A DNA stretch of 64,000 bases. Source: an uncultured Bacillota bacterium (GTDB taxonomy: Bacteria > Bacillota > Clostridia > Christensenellales > UBA1242). The stretch is from NCBI GenBank assembly GCA_949292985.1, contig CASFBF010000001.1, positions 23,031-87,030 of the forward strand. The letters are read 5' to 3'. The first letter of the stretch is position 1. Each line of letters opens with the position of its first letter. Positions 19,764 through 28,050 of this stretch are shown piece by piece. The notes under the pieces are model-generated. The model did no database searches and was not told where the DNA came from. It saw nothing but the letters and a program-made list of their open reading frames with translations. The position numbers were made by a program, and so were the translations under genes.

Positions 19764-20443
19764 CATCTACTTAACAATTTATTTAGTTCGTAATGTGATG
19801 AATCTAAATCATAAAACTTTTGTTTAAATTGTGGGTTGTTATCCATTTCTTCTTGTGAAGCAACAAGTTTTGCTTTTATGTGTAGTGCCAAATGCTTTTG
19901 AGAAGCGCTAAGCAATGATGCTCGGCAATATACATCTTCTTCTTGTTTCACCCAGTTTAATTTTTTAGCCATACTTTCTGACACCGAAACTTTAACTGCA
20001 CTTTCATGATAAATTCTTCCATAATTTACAAGCATTGTGCTTATGCTATGCCCAGATGGCAGGGATATTGGCATTAAGTTTGCTTTTACTTTTCCAGTTA
20101 TAAGGCAAATGTCGCTAAATTCTGGCAAAAATTTATTTAGGTAAAGTTTTTGGTAAACAACATAACTTGAATATTTATCACCATTTAATCTCTGTGTTTT
20201 GTAAGAGCCATAAACTATTACATTGTCGCCTATTTTAGTTTCATTCATTATTTCGTCTTTATGTGTTTCGCTGACTATGACTGGAATTAAATTAGGCGAG
20301 CGTTTGCTTCCAGAAACATTTACAAAAAACAAATAATAGTTTGTGTTATGTACAACCGAAGTGTAATATACGGTTGGATAGTCAACCAATGTGCCAGTTA
20401 TTCTAACTCTGTTTGTTGGTTTATCAAATGCGAAGTTATCCAT
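19763..20443 (-). CDS. hypothetical protein, possibly a tandem OB-fold (SSB-like) architecture
   Basis: Clean 226-aa frame. Both halves start with an OB-like strand pattern (NRVRITGTLVDYP and SDICLITGKVKANL). No family was recognised. Confidence 0.55.
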   Translation of the reverse strand: MDNFAFDKPTNRVRITGTLVDYPTVYYTSVVHNTNYYLFFVNVSGSKRSPNLIPVIVSETHKDEIMNETKIGDNVIVYGSYKTQRLNGDKYSSYVVYQKLYLNKFLPEFSDICLITGKVKANLMPISLPSGHSISTMLVNYGRIYHESAVKVSVSESMAKKLNWVKQEEDVYCRASLLSASQKHLALHIKAKLVASQEEMDNNPQFKQKFYDLDSSHYELNKLLSR

Positions 20444-20550
20444 ATTTTTCCCTTTAATTTAGTTTTGTAGCAGTTTGATTTTATAACAATTTGGAATGTT
20501 AGTCAATACTGTTTTTAACATTTTATGAAATGCTTGCATATAAAATTGGC

Positions 20551-20652
20551 ATGAAAAAAGAAGAAGAAAAACAATTTAAAATCATTTGCATCAAAGCGCC
20601 TAAATGGATGCGGCCTTTTTTAAAGCCTTTTGTTAAAAAAGGCGAAAAATAG
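20551..20652 (+). CDS. candidate SpoVM-like sporulation micro-protein (33 aa)
   Basis: MKKEEEKQFKIICIKAPKWMRPFLKPFVKKGEK. The core IK-x-PK-[FW]-[LM] resembles B. subtilis SpoVM (YTIKLPKFLGG). It is convergent with rpmB next to yloU/yloV, as spoVM is in Bacillus. There is no SD; a CATATAAA -10-like box lies 7 nt upstream. Confidence 0.4.
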   Translation: MKKEEEKQFKIICIKAPKWMRPFLKPFVKKGEK

Positions 20653-20749
20653 GCGAGCGCTTACATGTGCCTGCTTTGCAGGCAACATGTTGCACCTGCG
20701 CTTTTGTGCGCAGGTGCTTGTCCCGTCTGGGACGGGACAAGCGCTCGCC
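20652..20749. repeat. GC-rich nested-palindrome element A (closing stem plus three hairpins, four-way junction)
   Basis: Closing stem GGCGAGCGC/GCGCTCGCC. Inner hairpins span 20663-20690, 20692-20717 and 20718-20740. The element starts at the TAG stop codon and is about 60 percent G+C by hand count. Confidence 0.7.
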
Positions 20750-20793
20750 GTTGTTATATCTCTTTGGCAAAAGGCGTATAATTACATATAAAC

Positions 20794-20816
20794 AAAAAAA
20801 CCTCCATAATGGAGGT
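20794..20816 (-). terminator. intrinsic terminator of rpmB
   Basis: The minus strand reads ACCTCC-attat-GGAGGT followed by TTTTTTT. Confidence 0.7.
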
Positions 20817-20833
20817 GGATTGTTTAAACTTTA

Positions 20834-21019
20834 TTATTTTGATTTTCTAGCGGTTTTAATGCATTTTGTGCAAGCCTTAACTTTTGTAGGTTTTCCATTA
20901 ACATCAATGGTTGTTTCTTGCAAGTTAAGTTCAAACGTTCTGTTAGTTTTATTTTCAGCGTGGCTAACTTTTTTACCTGTCATTTTTCCACGACCACAGA
21001 TTTCACAAACTCTTGACAT
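20834..21019 (-). CDS. rpmB: 50S ribosomal protein L28
   Basis: [34 protein letters not shown] is canonical L28. A GGAGG RBS is present. The longer ORF in the track is an upstream extension. Confidence 0.95.
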   Translation of the reverse strand: MSRVCEICGRGKMTGKKVSHAENKTNRTFELNLQETTIDVNGKPTKVKACTKCIKTARKSK

Positions 21020-21191
21020 ATTTTCACCTCCTATTAGGACTTTTTCAGCATGGCAAGTATAACATAAAACAAAACTAAAATCAACAAAAATAACAAAATT
21101 TTTAACAAACATTTTAAAAGGATATTAAATTACTTGAAAATTTTTTTTGTTTATTGTAAGATAGTATAGACTGAATTTAAGGAGTTGTAGT

Positions 21192-21542
21192 TTGACAGTT
21201 GATACAAACAATTATTATGGCAACATTTCTATAAGCGACGACGCAATTAGAGTGGTCGCTGGTTTTGCTGTGCTTGATTGTTATGGTGTTGTCGACCTTG
21301 TGTCAAAAACCTTTAAAGACAGCGCAAAAGAATTATTTAATAAAGAATCCTATTCAAGGGGAGTAAAAGTTCGCCATATAGATAACCGAATATTTTTGGA
21401 TGTGTACTGTATTATGAAATACGGTGTGTCTATCAGCGCAGTTTCTGAGTCTCTAAAAAAATCGGTTAAGTACAGCGTGGAAAATTTTACGGGAATGATT
21501 GTCGACTCGGTTAATGTCCATGTTGTAGGCGTTAGAGTTTAG
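21192..21542 (+). CDS. Asp23/Gls24 family envelope stress protein (YloU-like)
   Basis: ISDDAIRVVAGFAVLDCYGV is typical of Asp23/DUF322. It is divergent from rpmB and upstream of yloV, as in Bacillus. The start is TTG after an AAGGAG RBS. Confidence 0.85.
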   Translation: MTVDTNNYYGNISISDDAIRVVAGFAVLDCYGVVDLVSKTFKDSAKELFNKESYSRGVKVRHIDNRIFLDVYCIMKYGVSISAVSESLKKSVKYSVENFTGMIVDSVNVHVVGVRV

Positions 21543-21550
21543 GAGATATA

Positions 21551-23185
21551 ATGATAAAGTCAATCAACGGCGCAACCTTCCGCAAGATGATTGTGGCAGG
21601 GGCAAGCCTTTTGGAACAGAATAAAAAGTATGTAGATTCGCTCAATGTGTTTCCAGTGCCAGATGGAGACACAGGAACGAATATGTTTTTAACAATGAAA
21701 TCTGCCGTTACAGAAGTTGGAAAATGTATAAGTGCAAATATAGATGAACTTAGTGCTGCTTTTGCAAAGGGCGCTTTGAAAGGTGCGAGAGGAAATAGTG
21801 GAGTTATTACTTCACAGATTTTTAAAGGCTTTTGTAATGTTACTGCAAAATATAGTGAAATCACAACAAAAACTTTTGCAAAGGCAATGGAAGAAGGCGC
21901 CAATGTTGCATATAAAGCAGTTACAAAGCCAAAGGAAGGCACAATTTTAACTGTTATTCGTGTTATGGCTGAAAATGCAGTAAGTTTGGCTAAGCGTATA
22001 GACAACTTTGAAACTTTCCTTAAAAAAGTGTTGGAAACAGGTGAAGAGATTTTAAAGCAAACCCCAGAAATGCTTCCAGTTCTTAAAAAAGCGGGCGTTG
22101 TTGACGCAGGTGGAAGGGGAATTATTATTATTTTCACAGGTTTTTATAAACTTCTCATGGGTGAAGAAAACCTTGAAATCATTTTTGACGATGAAAAACA
22201 GGCTCAAACTGTTGATGATGTTATTGCAGACATCAACAATTTGGAAGAAATAGAGTTTGGGTACTGCACTGAATTCATGATTACGCATATGCACAAGAAA
22301 ACCACAGAGGCAGATATTGACAAACTGCGTGAAAAGTTAATGGATTTTGGTGATAGTGTTATTTGTATTGGTGACTTATCGCTTGTCAAGGTGCATGTGC
22401 ATTCAAACGAGCCGAATAAGGCACTAGGCTATGCTCTTGAATTGGGTGAGATTATCAATGTTAAAATTGATAATATGCGCGAGCAAAATCGTGAACTTAA
22501 AAAGAAAGCCAGCGCAGTTGAAGAAACTAAAAATCTTGGTATTGTTGCTGTTGCTCCGGGGGACGGAATTGCTGCAATATTTAAAGATTTAAGTGTTGAC
22601 GAAATTATCACTGGTGGACAAACCATGAATCCTAGCGCCGCAGATATTGCTGCTGCTGCTGATAAGGTTCCTGCAAGAACAGTGTTTGTTTTCCCAAACA
22701 ACAAAAATATTGTGCTTGCTGCTGAACAGGCTAATGAACTTACAAACAAAAACCTTGTTGTTATTTCAACCAGAAGTATTCCAGAGGGAATTTCTGCAAC
22801 AATTGCATTTAACCCTGATGGAAGTGTTGAAGAAAACATAGAGGCTATGAATGACGCAATAAAAAATGTTAAGTCAGGCTCTGTAACTTATGCTGTTCGT
22901 GACACGCATGTGGACGGATTTGATCTTACGACTGGCGAAATTATTGGCCTTGATGATAAGGCAATTTTGGCAAAAGGCAAACTTGTTTCTCAAACTACAG
23001 AAGAATTGATTGATAGAATGATGGATGATAATATTATGACTATCACACTTTTCTATGGAGAAGATATCAAAGAGGAAGATGCGTCTGCATTACAAGAAAA
23101 ATTAGCAGAAAAGTATCCTGAATGCGAAGTTACAGTTGCAGATGGCGGACAACCTGTTTACTACTATTTAATAAGTTTAGAATAA
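21551..23185 (+). CDS. fakA: DAK2-domain protein YloV / fatty acid kinase subunit FakA
   Basis: DGDTGTNM and GARGNSGVI Dak-domain motifs, plus a DegV-like C-terminal region. Confidence 0.88.
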   Translation: MIKSINGATFRKMIVAGASLLEQNKKYVDSLNVFPVPDGDTGTNMFLTMKSAVTEVGKCISANIDELSAAFAKGALKGARGNSGVITSQIFKGFCNVTAKYSEITTKTFAKAMEEGANVAYKAVTKPKEGTILTVIRVMAENAVSLAKRIDNFETFLKKVLETGEEILKQTPEMLPVLKKAGVVDAGGRGIIIIFTGFYKLLMGEENLEIIFDDEKQAQTVDDVIADINNLEEIEFGYCTEFMITHMHKKTTEADIDKLREKLMDFGDSVICIGDLSLVKVHVHSNEPNKALGYALELGEIINVKIDNMREQNRELKKKASAVEETKNLGIVAVAPGDGIAAIFKDLSVDEIITGGQTMNPSAADIAAAADKVPARTVFVFPNNKNIVLAAEQANELTNKNLVVISTRSIPEGISATIAFNPDGSVEENIEAMNDAIKNVKSGSVTYAVRDTHVDGFDLTTGEIIGLDDKAILAKGKLVSQTTEELIDRMMDDNIMTITLFYGEDIKEEDASALQEKLAEKYPECEVTVADGGQPVYYYLISLE

Positions 23186-23186
23186 T

Positions 23187-23211
23187 AAAAGCGCTTGAAC
23201 GGCGCTTTTTT
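23187..23211 (+). terminator. intrinsic terminator after fakA
   Basis: AAAAGCGC-ttgaacg-GCGCTTTTTT. Confidence 0.7.
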
Positions 23212-23247
23212 GTTTGGATAAAACACTTTTTATGATAAAATATCACT

Positions 23248-24036
23248 ATGAGATTGGATGTTTTTTTAGTAGAAAATTTAGGTGTCGCTTCAAGGGCTAA
23301 GGCTCAGGATTTAATCAAAAATGGCAAAGTGCAAGTTGATGGAAAAATTATTTTAAAGCCTTCGTTTGAAGTAAACCAAAATGATGTGGAAATTGCGCAA
23401 AATGATGAGTTTGTTTCGCGTGGGGCATACAAATTGCTTGGGGCGAAGCATTGTTTTGGTGTGAATTTTGACCGAAAAACAGTGCTTGATATTGGTGCTT
23501 CTACCGGTGGGTTTACGCAAGTTTGTTTAAATTTTGGTGCGAAAAAAGTATATGCGCTTGATGTGGGGCATGGGCAACTTGACAAAACTTTAAAAAGTTG
23601 TGATAAAGTTGTAAATTTGGAAGGGGTTGATTTCAGACAGGCAAAAAAGTTAGATGATGTAAATTTGATTGTAAGTGACATTTCGTTTATTTCTCTTTCT
23701 CATATTCTTCCTATTTTAAGCCGAGATTATCCTTCAACCGAAATGGTTTTATTGTTTAAACCGCAATTTGAATGTGGAGAAAAATTAGCAAAAAAATTCC
23801 GCGGGGTTATTTTAGATAAAAAAACTCATGTAAAACTTTTGCTTCAATTTATTCAAAGTATAAAAAATTGCAACCTTCGTATAAGCGATTTAACATTTTC
23901 ACCAGTTTGTGGAAGGAGCGGAAATATTGAATATCTTGTTCATATAAATGGTGAAAAAGACAATATTGTTGATGTTAATTTGATTGTAGGACACGCTTTT
24001 GAAAAATTAAAAGTGTCAAAAAATAAAAATAAATAA
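23248..24036 (+). CDS. tlyA: TlyA-family rRNA 2'-O-methyltransferase (S4 domain plus FtsJ-like domain)
   Basis: MRLDVFLVENLGVASRAKAQDLIKNGKVQVDGK (S4 domain) followed by the SAM motif LDIGASTGGFT. Confidence 0.9.
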   Translation: MRLDVFLVENLGVASRAKAQDLIKNGKVQVDGKIILKPSFEVNQNDVEIAQNDEFVSRGAYKLLGAKHCFGVNFDRKTVLDIGASTGGFTQVCLNFGAKKVYALDVGHGQLDKTLKSCDKVVNLEGVDFRQAKKLDDVNLIVSDISFISLSHILPILSRDYPSTEMVLLFKPQFECGEKLAKKFRGVILDKKTHVKLLLQFIQSIKNCNLRISDLTFSPVCGRSGNIEYLVHINGEKDNIVDVNLIVGHAFEKLKVSKNKNK

Positions 24037-24048
24037 TATAAAATTTGC

Positions 24049-25044
24049 ATGAACAAAAAATGGCTTGACAAGCAAGCGCTTTTAAGTAATGCAAATTTTT
24101 TTAAGGGTTATGCTCCTAAAATTTGTGCTGTGGTTAAAGCCGAAGCATATGGGCATGGCATGGAAGAAGTTGCAAAAATATTGCAAGACGAAGTAGAGTA
24201 TTTTGGAGTTGCGAATATTTCAGAAGCAGAAAAACTGAAAAAAATACTTCCAAACGCCAACATAATCATTTTAGGAAAGTGCGAAAACTTTAAATTTTTG
24301 CACGAGTTTTATCTTACTGCTATGACGGTTGCAGATATTAAAAAAGCGATTAAATTAAATTTGACCAACAGGTGTTTTATTAAATTATGTACTGGAATGA
24401 ACAGATTTGGAATTGACTGTAAAAATGAAAATTTATTAAAAAAAGTTAAAAATTTAATAAAAAATCATGATTTTGCGGGTTTTTCTGTTCATTTTTCAAG
24501 TATTTCTTCAAAAAAAATAACAAAAATTGAATATCAAAGATTTTTAAAAGCCAGAGCATTTTTACAAAAACCGTATCCGATTTGTTTTGGTGGGAGTGGC
24601 GCAAAGGATTTGCCGTGTGATATTTTGCGAACGGGAATAGGTCTTTACGGTTATGGTTGTGAGGGGTTGCAAAAAGTTATGAGCCTTGAAGGTAGAGTTT
24701 TGCAACTTAGAAGTTTGGAAAAAGGTGAAAAGGCTGGTTATGATGGCACATTTAAAGCAAAAAAAAGAACTACGCTTGCTGTGGTAAGTGTTGGATATGC
24801 CGATGGATTTGATAGACAAAACTTTAAAAAAATAAATGTTTGGATTGATAACAAACCATTTAAAGTGGTTGGAAATTTGTGCATGGACGCTTGCTTTGTT
24901 GATGTTACGGGATCGCTTGTAAATGTGGGAGACAAGGTTTGTTTGATGAATGACGCAAACCAACTGGCAAAAGCATTTAACAAATGCACATATGAGGTGC
25001 TTACATCATTTAATAATTTTAGGGGAGATGTGCACATAAAATGA
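24049..25044 (+). CDS. alr: alanine racemase (short form)
   Basis: PLP-lysine motif VVKAEAYGHG and the C-terminal pattern VSVGYADGF ... GNLCMD. Confidence 0.9.
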   Translation: MNKKWLDKQALLSNANFFKGYAPKICAVVKAEAYGHGMEEVAKILQDEVEYFGVANISEAEKLKKILPNANIIILGKCENFKFLHEFYLTAMTVADIKKAIKLNLTNRCFIKLCTGMNRFGIDCKNENLLKKVKNLIKNHDFAGFSVHFSSISSKKITKIEYQRFLKARAFLQKPYPICFGGSGAKDLPCDILRTGIGLYGYGCEGLQKVMSLEGRVLQLRSLEKGEKAGYDGTFKAKKRTTLAVVSVGYADGFDRQNFKKINVWIDNKPFKVVGNLCMDACFVDVTGSLVNVGDKVCLMNDANQLAKAFNKCTYEVLTSFNNFRGDVHIK

Positions 25045-25046
25045 TA

Positions 25047-25074
25047 ACAGAATTTTTGCACCTCGCATATTATA
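25047..25074 (+). promoter_or_regulatory. sigma-K-like promoter (AC-N17-CATATTATA) upstream of the orphan gene
   Basis: Matches the published mother-cell pattern AC-N16/17-CATAnnnTA and is placed about 30 nt before the ATG. This is a pattern match only. Confidence 0.3.
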
Positions 25075-25104
25075 AAGTGTATAGACAAAACAGGAGGTAG
25101 GAAA

Positions 25105-25773
25105 ATGTCTTTTTACATCAACAATACAAATCCTAGCAGACCGGGCCCTATTGTAGGTAATCCGCTTAACGGGATTTGTGAAAAAATCTTGATTGAGACA
25201 ACGAAAGTTTTTGATGCTTGTGTTTCACAAAGCACTGAAACGGGAATTGTTCTGCCTGTAACCGATTTGACACCTGCCAGCCCTGCAACGCCTCTTACAT
25301 TTGTTTCGGCAGTTAATGCACCAAACGAACCAGTTGTTATTTCTGACCTTGTTGTTGACAGATTGGAAAGTTGCCCTAACTACGCAAATGTAAGCGCAAC
25401 AGTTACAATACCAGTTGTTGTAACTTATCGTGATAACAATGGCGTGCTGGGAAGTGGTAGATCAACCATTACAGTTAGCAAAAACGTTGTTCTCTTTGTT
25501 CCTCAGCCTTCTGTCACTCCTGTCAATATTTCTGCAAGCGCTGTATTTTCTAGTGAGATTGGTTCTTATACTGCCGAAAACACATTTACAGTTACTGGTT
25601 GTTTGCAGATTATAATCAGAGTGACGGCAGTTGTGGATGTTCTTGTGCCATCATATGGCTATCCAGTAATCCCGCCATGCCATTCTGCTCCGGCTGCAAG
25701 TTCGTGCCCTGGATTATTTGAAATGCCACTTTATCCAACGGCATCAGGACCTGTTGTTCCACCAAGAGTTTAA
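25105..25773 (+). CDS. hypothetical beta-rich protein with Pro/Cys-rich ends (possible spore coat/surface component)
   Basis: Strong AGGAGG RBS and a clean 222-aa frame rich in V/T/S/P. A terminator hairpin lies at about 25787-25821. No family was recognised. Confidence 0.6.
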   Translation: MSFYINNTNPSRPGPIVGNPLNGICEKILIETTKVFDACVSQSTETGIVLPVTDLTPASPATPLTFVSAVNAPNEPVVISDLVVDRLESCPNYANVSATVTIPVVVTYRDNNGVLGSGRSTITVSKNVVLFVPQPSVTPVNISASAVFSSEIGSYTAENTFTVTGCLQIIIRVTAVVDVLVPSYGYPVIPPCHSAPAASSCPGLFEMPLYPTASGPVVPPRV

Positions 25774-25885
25774 GGCGGTAACTTTAACAACTCGGGTAAA
25801 TCCTGAGTTGTTTTTTATTGCTTTGCTAGACAAATAATATTTTTTTTGATATACTCTTTTAGAAAATATTAAAAGCGAGATTATT

Positions 25886-26981
25886 ATGATATTAGATACT
25901 GAAAAAACCAAATTAAAAGAACTTAGCGAAAATTTTAACTTCTTAAAGGAGTGTCTTTGACGTTGCAAAATTAAAAGGTGAAGTGGAGCAATTAAAACAG
26001 CAACAACTTGAACCTGATTTTTATTTGGATAGACATAATGCCAGTGAGGTTGGCAAAAAACTTAGAAACAAAGAAAATTTAATCAGCCAAATTGAAAATC
26101 TTGAAAAGCAAGAGGCTGATTTGCAAACACTTATTGACCTTTGTGAGAGCGAGGACGATAACGAATTGTATGGTGAACTTACTCACTCGCTTTCAGATTT
26201 TGAAAAGAAATGTGAAAACCTTAAAATTGTTACTTTGCTTTCGGGCAAGTATGATAGTTGCAACGCCATAATGAACATTCATGCTGGCGCTGGTGGAACA
26301 GAGGCTCAGGATTGGGCAGATATGCTGTTTCGTATGTACAGCATGTATGCAGAACAGCAAGGTTTTAAACTAACTGTTTTAGATGTGCTTGATGGTGAAG
26401 AAGCGGGTATTAAAAACATAAACTTTTTGATTTCTGGCGAAAATGCATATGGTTATTTAAAGGCAGAAAAAGGTATTCATAGGTTGGTTAGAATCTCGCC
26501 ATTTGACGCAAATTCTCGCAGGCACACAAGTTTTGCAAGTGTGGAAGTTATGCCTGAAATTGAAGAAGACGATGAAATAAAAATTAAACCAGAAGACCTT
26601 AAAATTGACACTTTTCGTTCAAGCGGAGCGGGTGGGCAACATATTAACAAAACCGAATCAGCAATCAGAATAACACATATTCCAACAGGCATTGTTGTGG
26701 CATGCCAAACGCAACGCTCTCAAATTCAAAATCGTGAAGTAGCAATGAAAATGTTGATGTCAAAACTGGCTGAAATGAAAGAGCGAGAAGAAATGGAGCA
26801 TATGGCACAAATAAAAGGCGAAATTAAAAAAATTGAATGGGGAAGCCAAATAAGAAGTTATGTATTCTGCCCATATACTTTGGTGAAAGACCATAGAACA
26901 GGCTTTGAAACCAGCGATATTCAATCTGTTATGAATGGTGATATTCAAGAATTTATTAACGCCTATTTGCAAAAGATATAA
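25886..26981 (+). CDS. prfB: peptide chain release factor 2 with a programmed +1 frameshift (join 25886..25957, 25959..26981)
   Basis: Frame 0 reads MILDTEKTKLKELSENFNFLKECL and then TGA. The site AAGGAG-TGT-CTT-TGA-C matches the canonical RF2 shift site (SD-like, CUU UGA C). The downstream frame carries the SPF and GGQ motifs. Confidence 0.93.
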
Positions 26982-26990
26982 GAGGATAAT

Positions 26991-28043
26991 ATGAAAAAAT
27001 ACATGCTCAATGAATTTAATGAATTAAAAAACAAACAAGATTTGACTATTCTTGCCATTGAAAGTTCTTGCGATGAAACCGCTGTAAGTGTTGTGAGAAA
27101 TGGCAGGGAGGTTTTATCAAATGTAGTTGCTTCGCAAATTGAAATTCATAGGCGTTTTGGCGGGGTTGTTCCAGAAATTGCTTCTAGAAATCACCTTATG
27201 GCTATTTCCAATCTGTATGAGCAGGCTTTAAAATCGGCTGGAATTAAGGCGCAAGATTTAGATGCCATCGCAGTTACTTATGGTGCTGGGCTTGTTGGGG
27301 CTTTGCTTGTGGGGGTTAATTTTGCAAAAGGGCTTAGTTATGCGCTTAAAAAACCTTTGATTGCAATCAATCATGTGCATGGACATATTGCTTCCAACTA
27401 CATTTCACACCCAGATTTAAAACCACCTTTTTTGTGTTTAATGGTAAGTGGTGGGCATACAGCATTATTGAAAATTTCTGATTACAACAAATTTAAACTT
27501 ATCGGCACTACTGTTGATGATGCCGTTGGCGAGGCTTTTGACAAAGTTGCAAGAGTGCTTGGGCTTCCTTATCCGGGAGGACCAGAAATCGATAAACTTG
27601 CCAAAGAGGGAAAAAATAATATTAAATTTACAGTTTCAAATTCGTTGCATGCAACACTTAACTTTTCTTTCAGTGGAATAAAAACCTCTGTTATCAACTA
27701 TGTTCACAAGTTTGAACAGAAAAAAGAAGATTATAATATGGCCGATGTGGCAAGAAGTTTTGAAGAGGCTGTTACCGATGAACTTGTGGACAAGGCAATC
27801 AGGGCAATGCGTCTTACAGGCATGAAAAAAGTTGTTATTGCGGGGGGAGTGGGAGCAAACTCTATGCTTAAAGCCAAGATGACAAAACAGTGCAAAGAAA
27901 AGGGCTTTGAAGCGTATTTCCCAGTTTTAAAATATTGCACTGATAATGCTGCAATGATTGGCTCAGCGGCTTACTATTATATTAAAAGTGGAATTGGTCT
28001 TGCGTCGCTTGATTTAACAGCAAAGCCAAGTATAGATTTGTAG
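26991..28043 (+). CDS. tsaD: tRNA N6-adenosine threonylcarbamoyltransferase TsaD
   Basis: ESSCDETA, GGVVPEIASRNH and HVHGH motifs. Confidence 0.95.
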   Translation: MKKYMLNEFNELKNKQDLTILAIESSCDETAVSVVRNGREVLSNVVASQIEIHRRFGGVVPEIASRNHLMAISNLYEQALKSAGIKAQDLDAIAVTYGAGLVGALLVGVNFAKGLSYALKKPLIAINHVHGHIASNYISHPDLKPPFLCLMVSGGHTALLKISDYNKFKLIGTTVDDAVGEAFDKVARVLGLPYPGGPEIDKLAKEGKNNIKFTVSNSLHATLNFSFSGIKTSVINYVHKFEQKKEDYNMADVARSFEEAVTDELVDKAIRAMRLTGMKKVVIAGGVGANSMLKAKMTKQCKEKGFEAYFPVLKYCTDNAAMIGSAAYYYIKSGIGLASLDLTAKPSIDL

Positions 28044-28050
28044 GTGAATT

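Noticed and set aside
20652-20749. Interpreting the four-way-junction elements as a hammerhead ribozyme, a retron msr/msd or a tRNA-like gene.
   Set aside because: The three-stem junction has no CUGAUGA or GAAA hammerhead core. No reverse transcriptase gene follows either copy. There are no tRNA D/T-loop signatures or anticodon-loop geometry.
20667-21062. A 131-aa plus-strand ORF in the track.
   Set aside because: It reads through GC-rich palindrome element A and then runs antisense to rpmB and its terminator. It has no RBS. Its Cys/Arg/Leu-rich composition reflects the palindromes. I treat it as an artefact.
21532-22137. A 201-aa minus-strand ORF.
   Set aside because: It is entirely antisense to the well-supported fakA/yloV gene and has no RBS. 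It is a typical shadow ORF.
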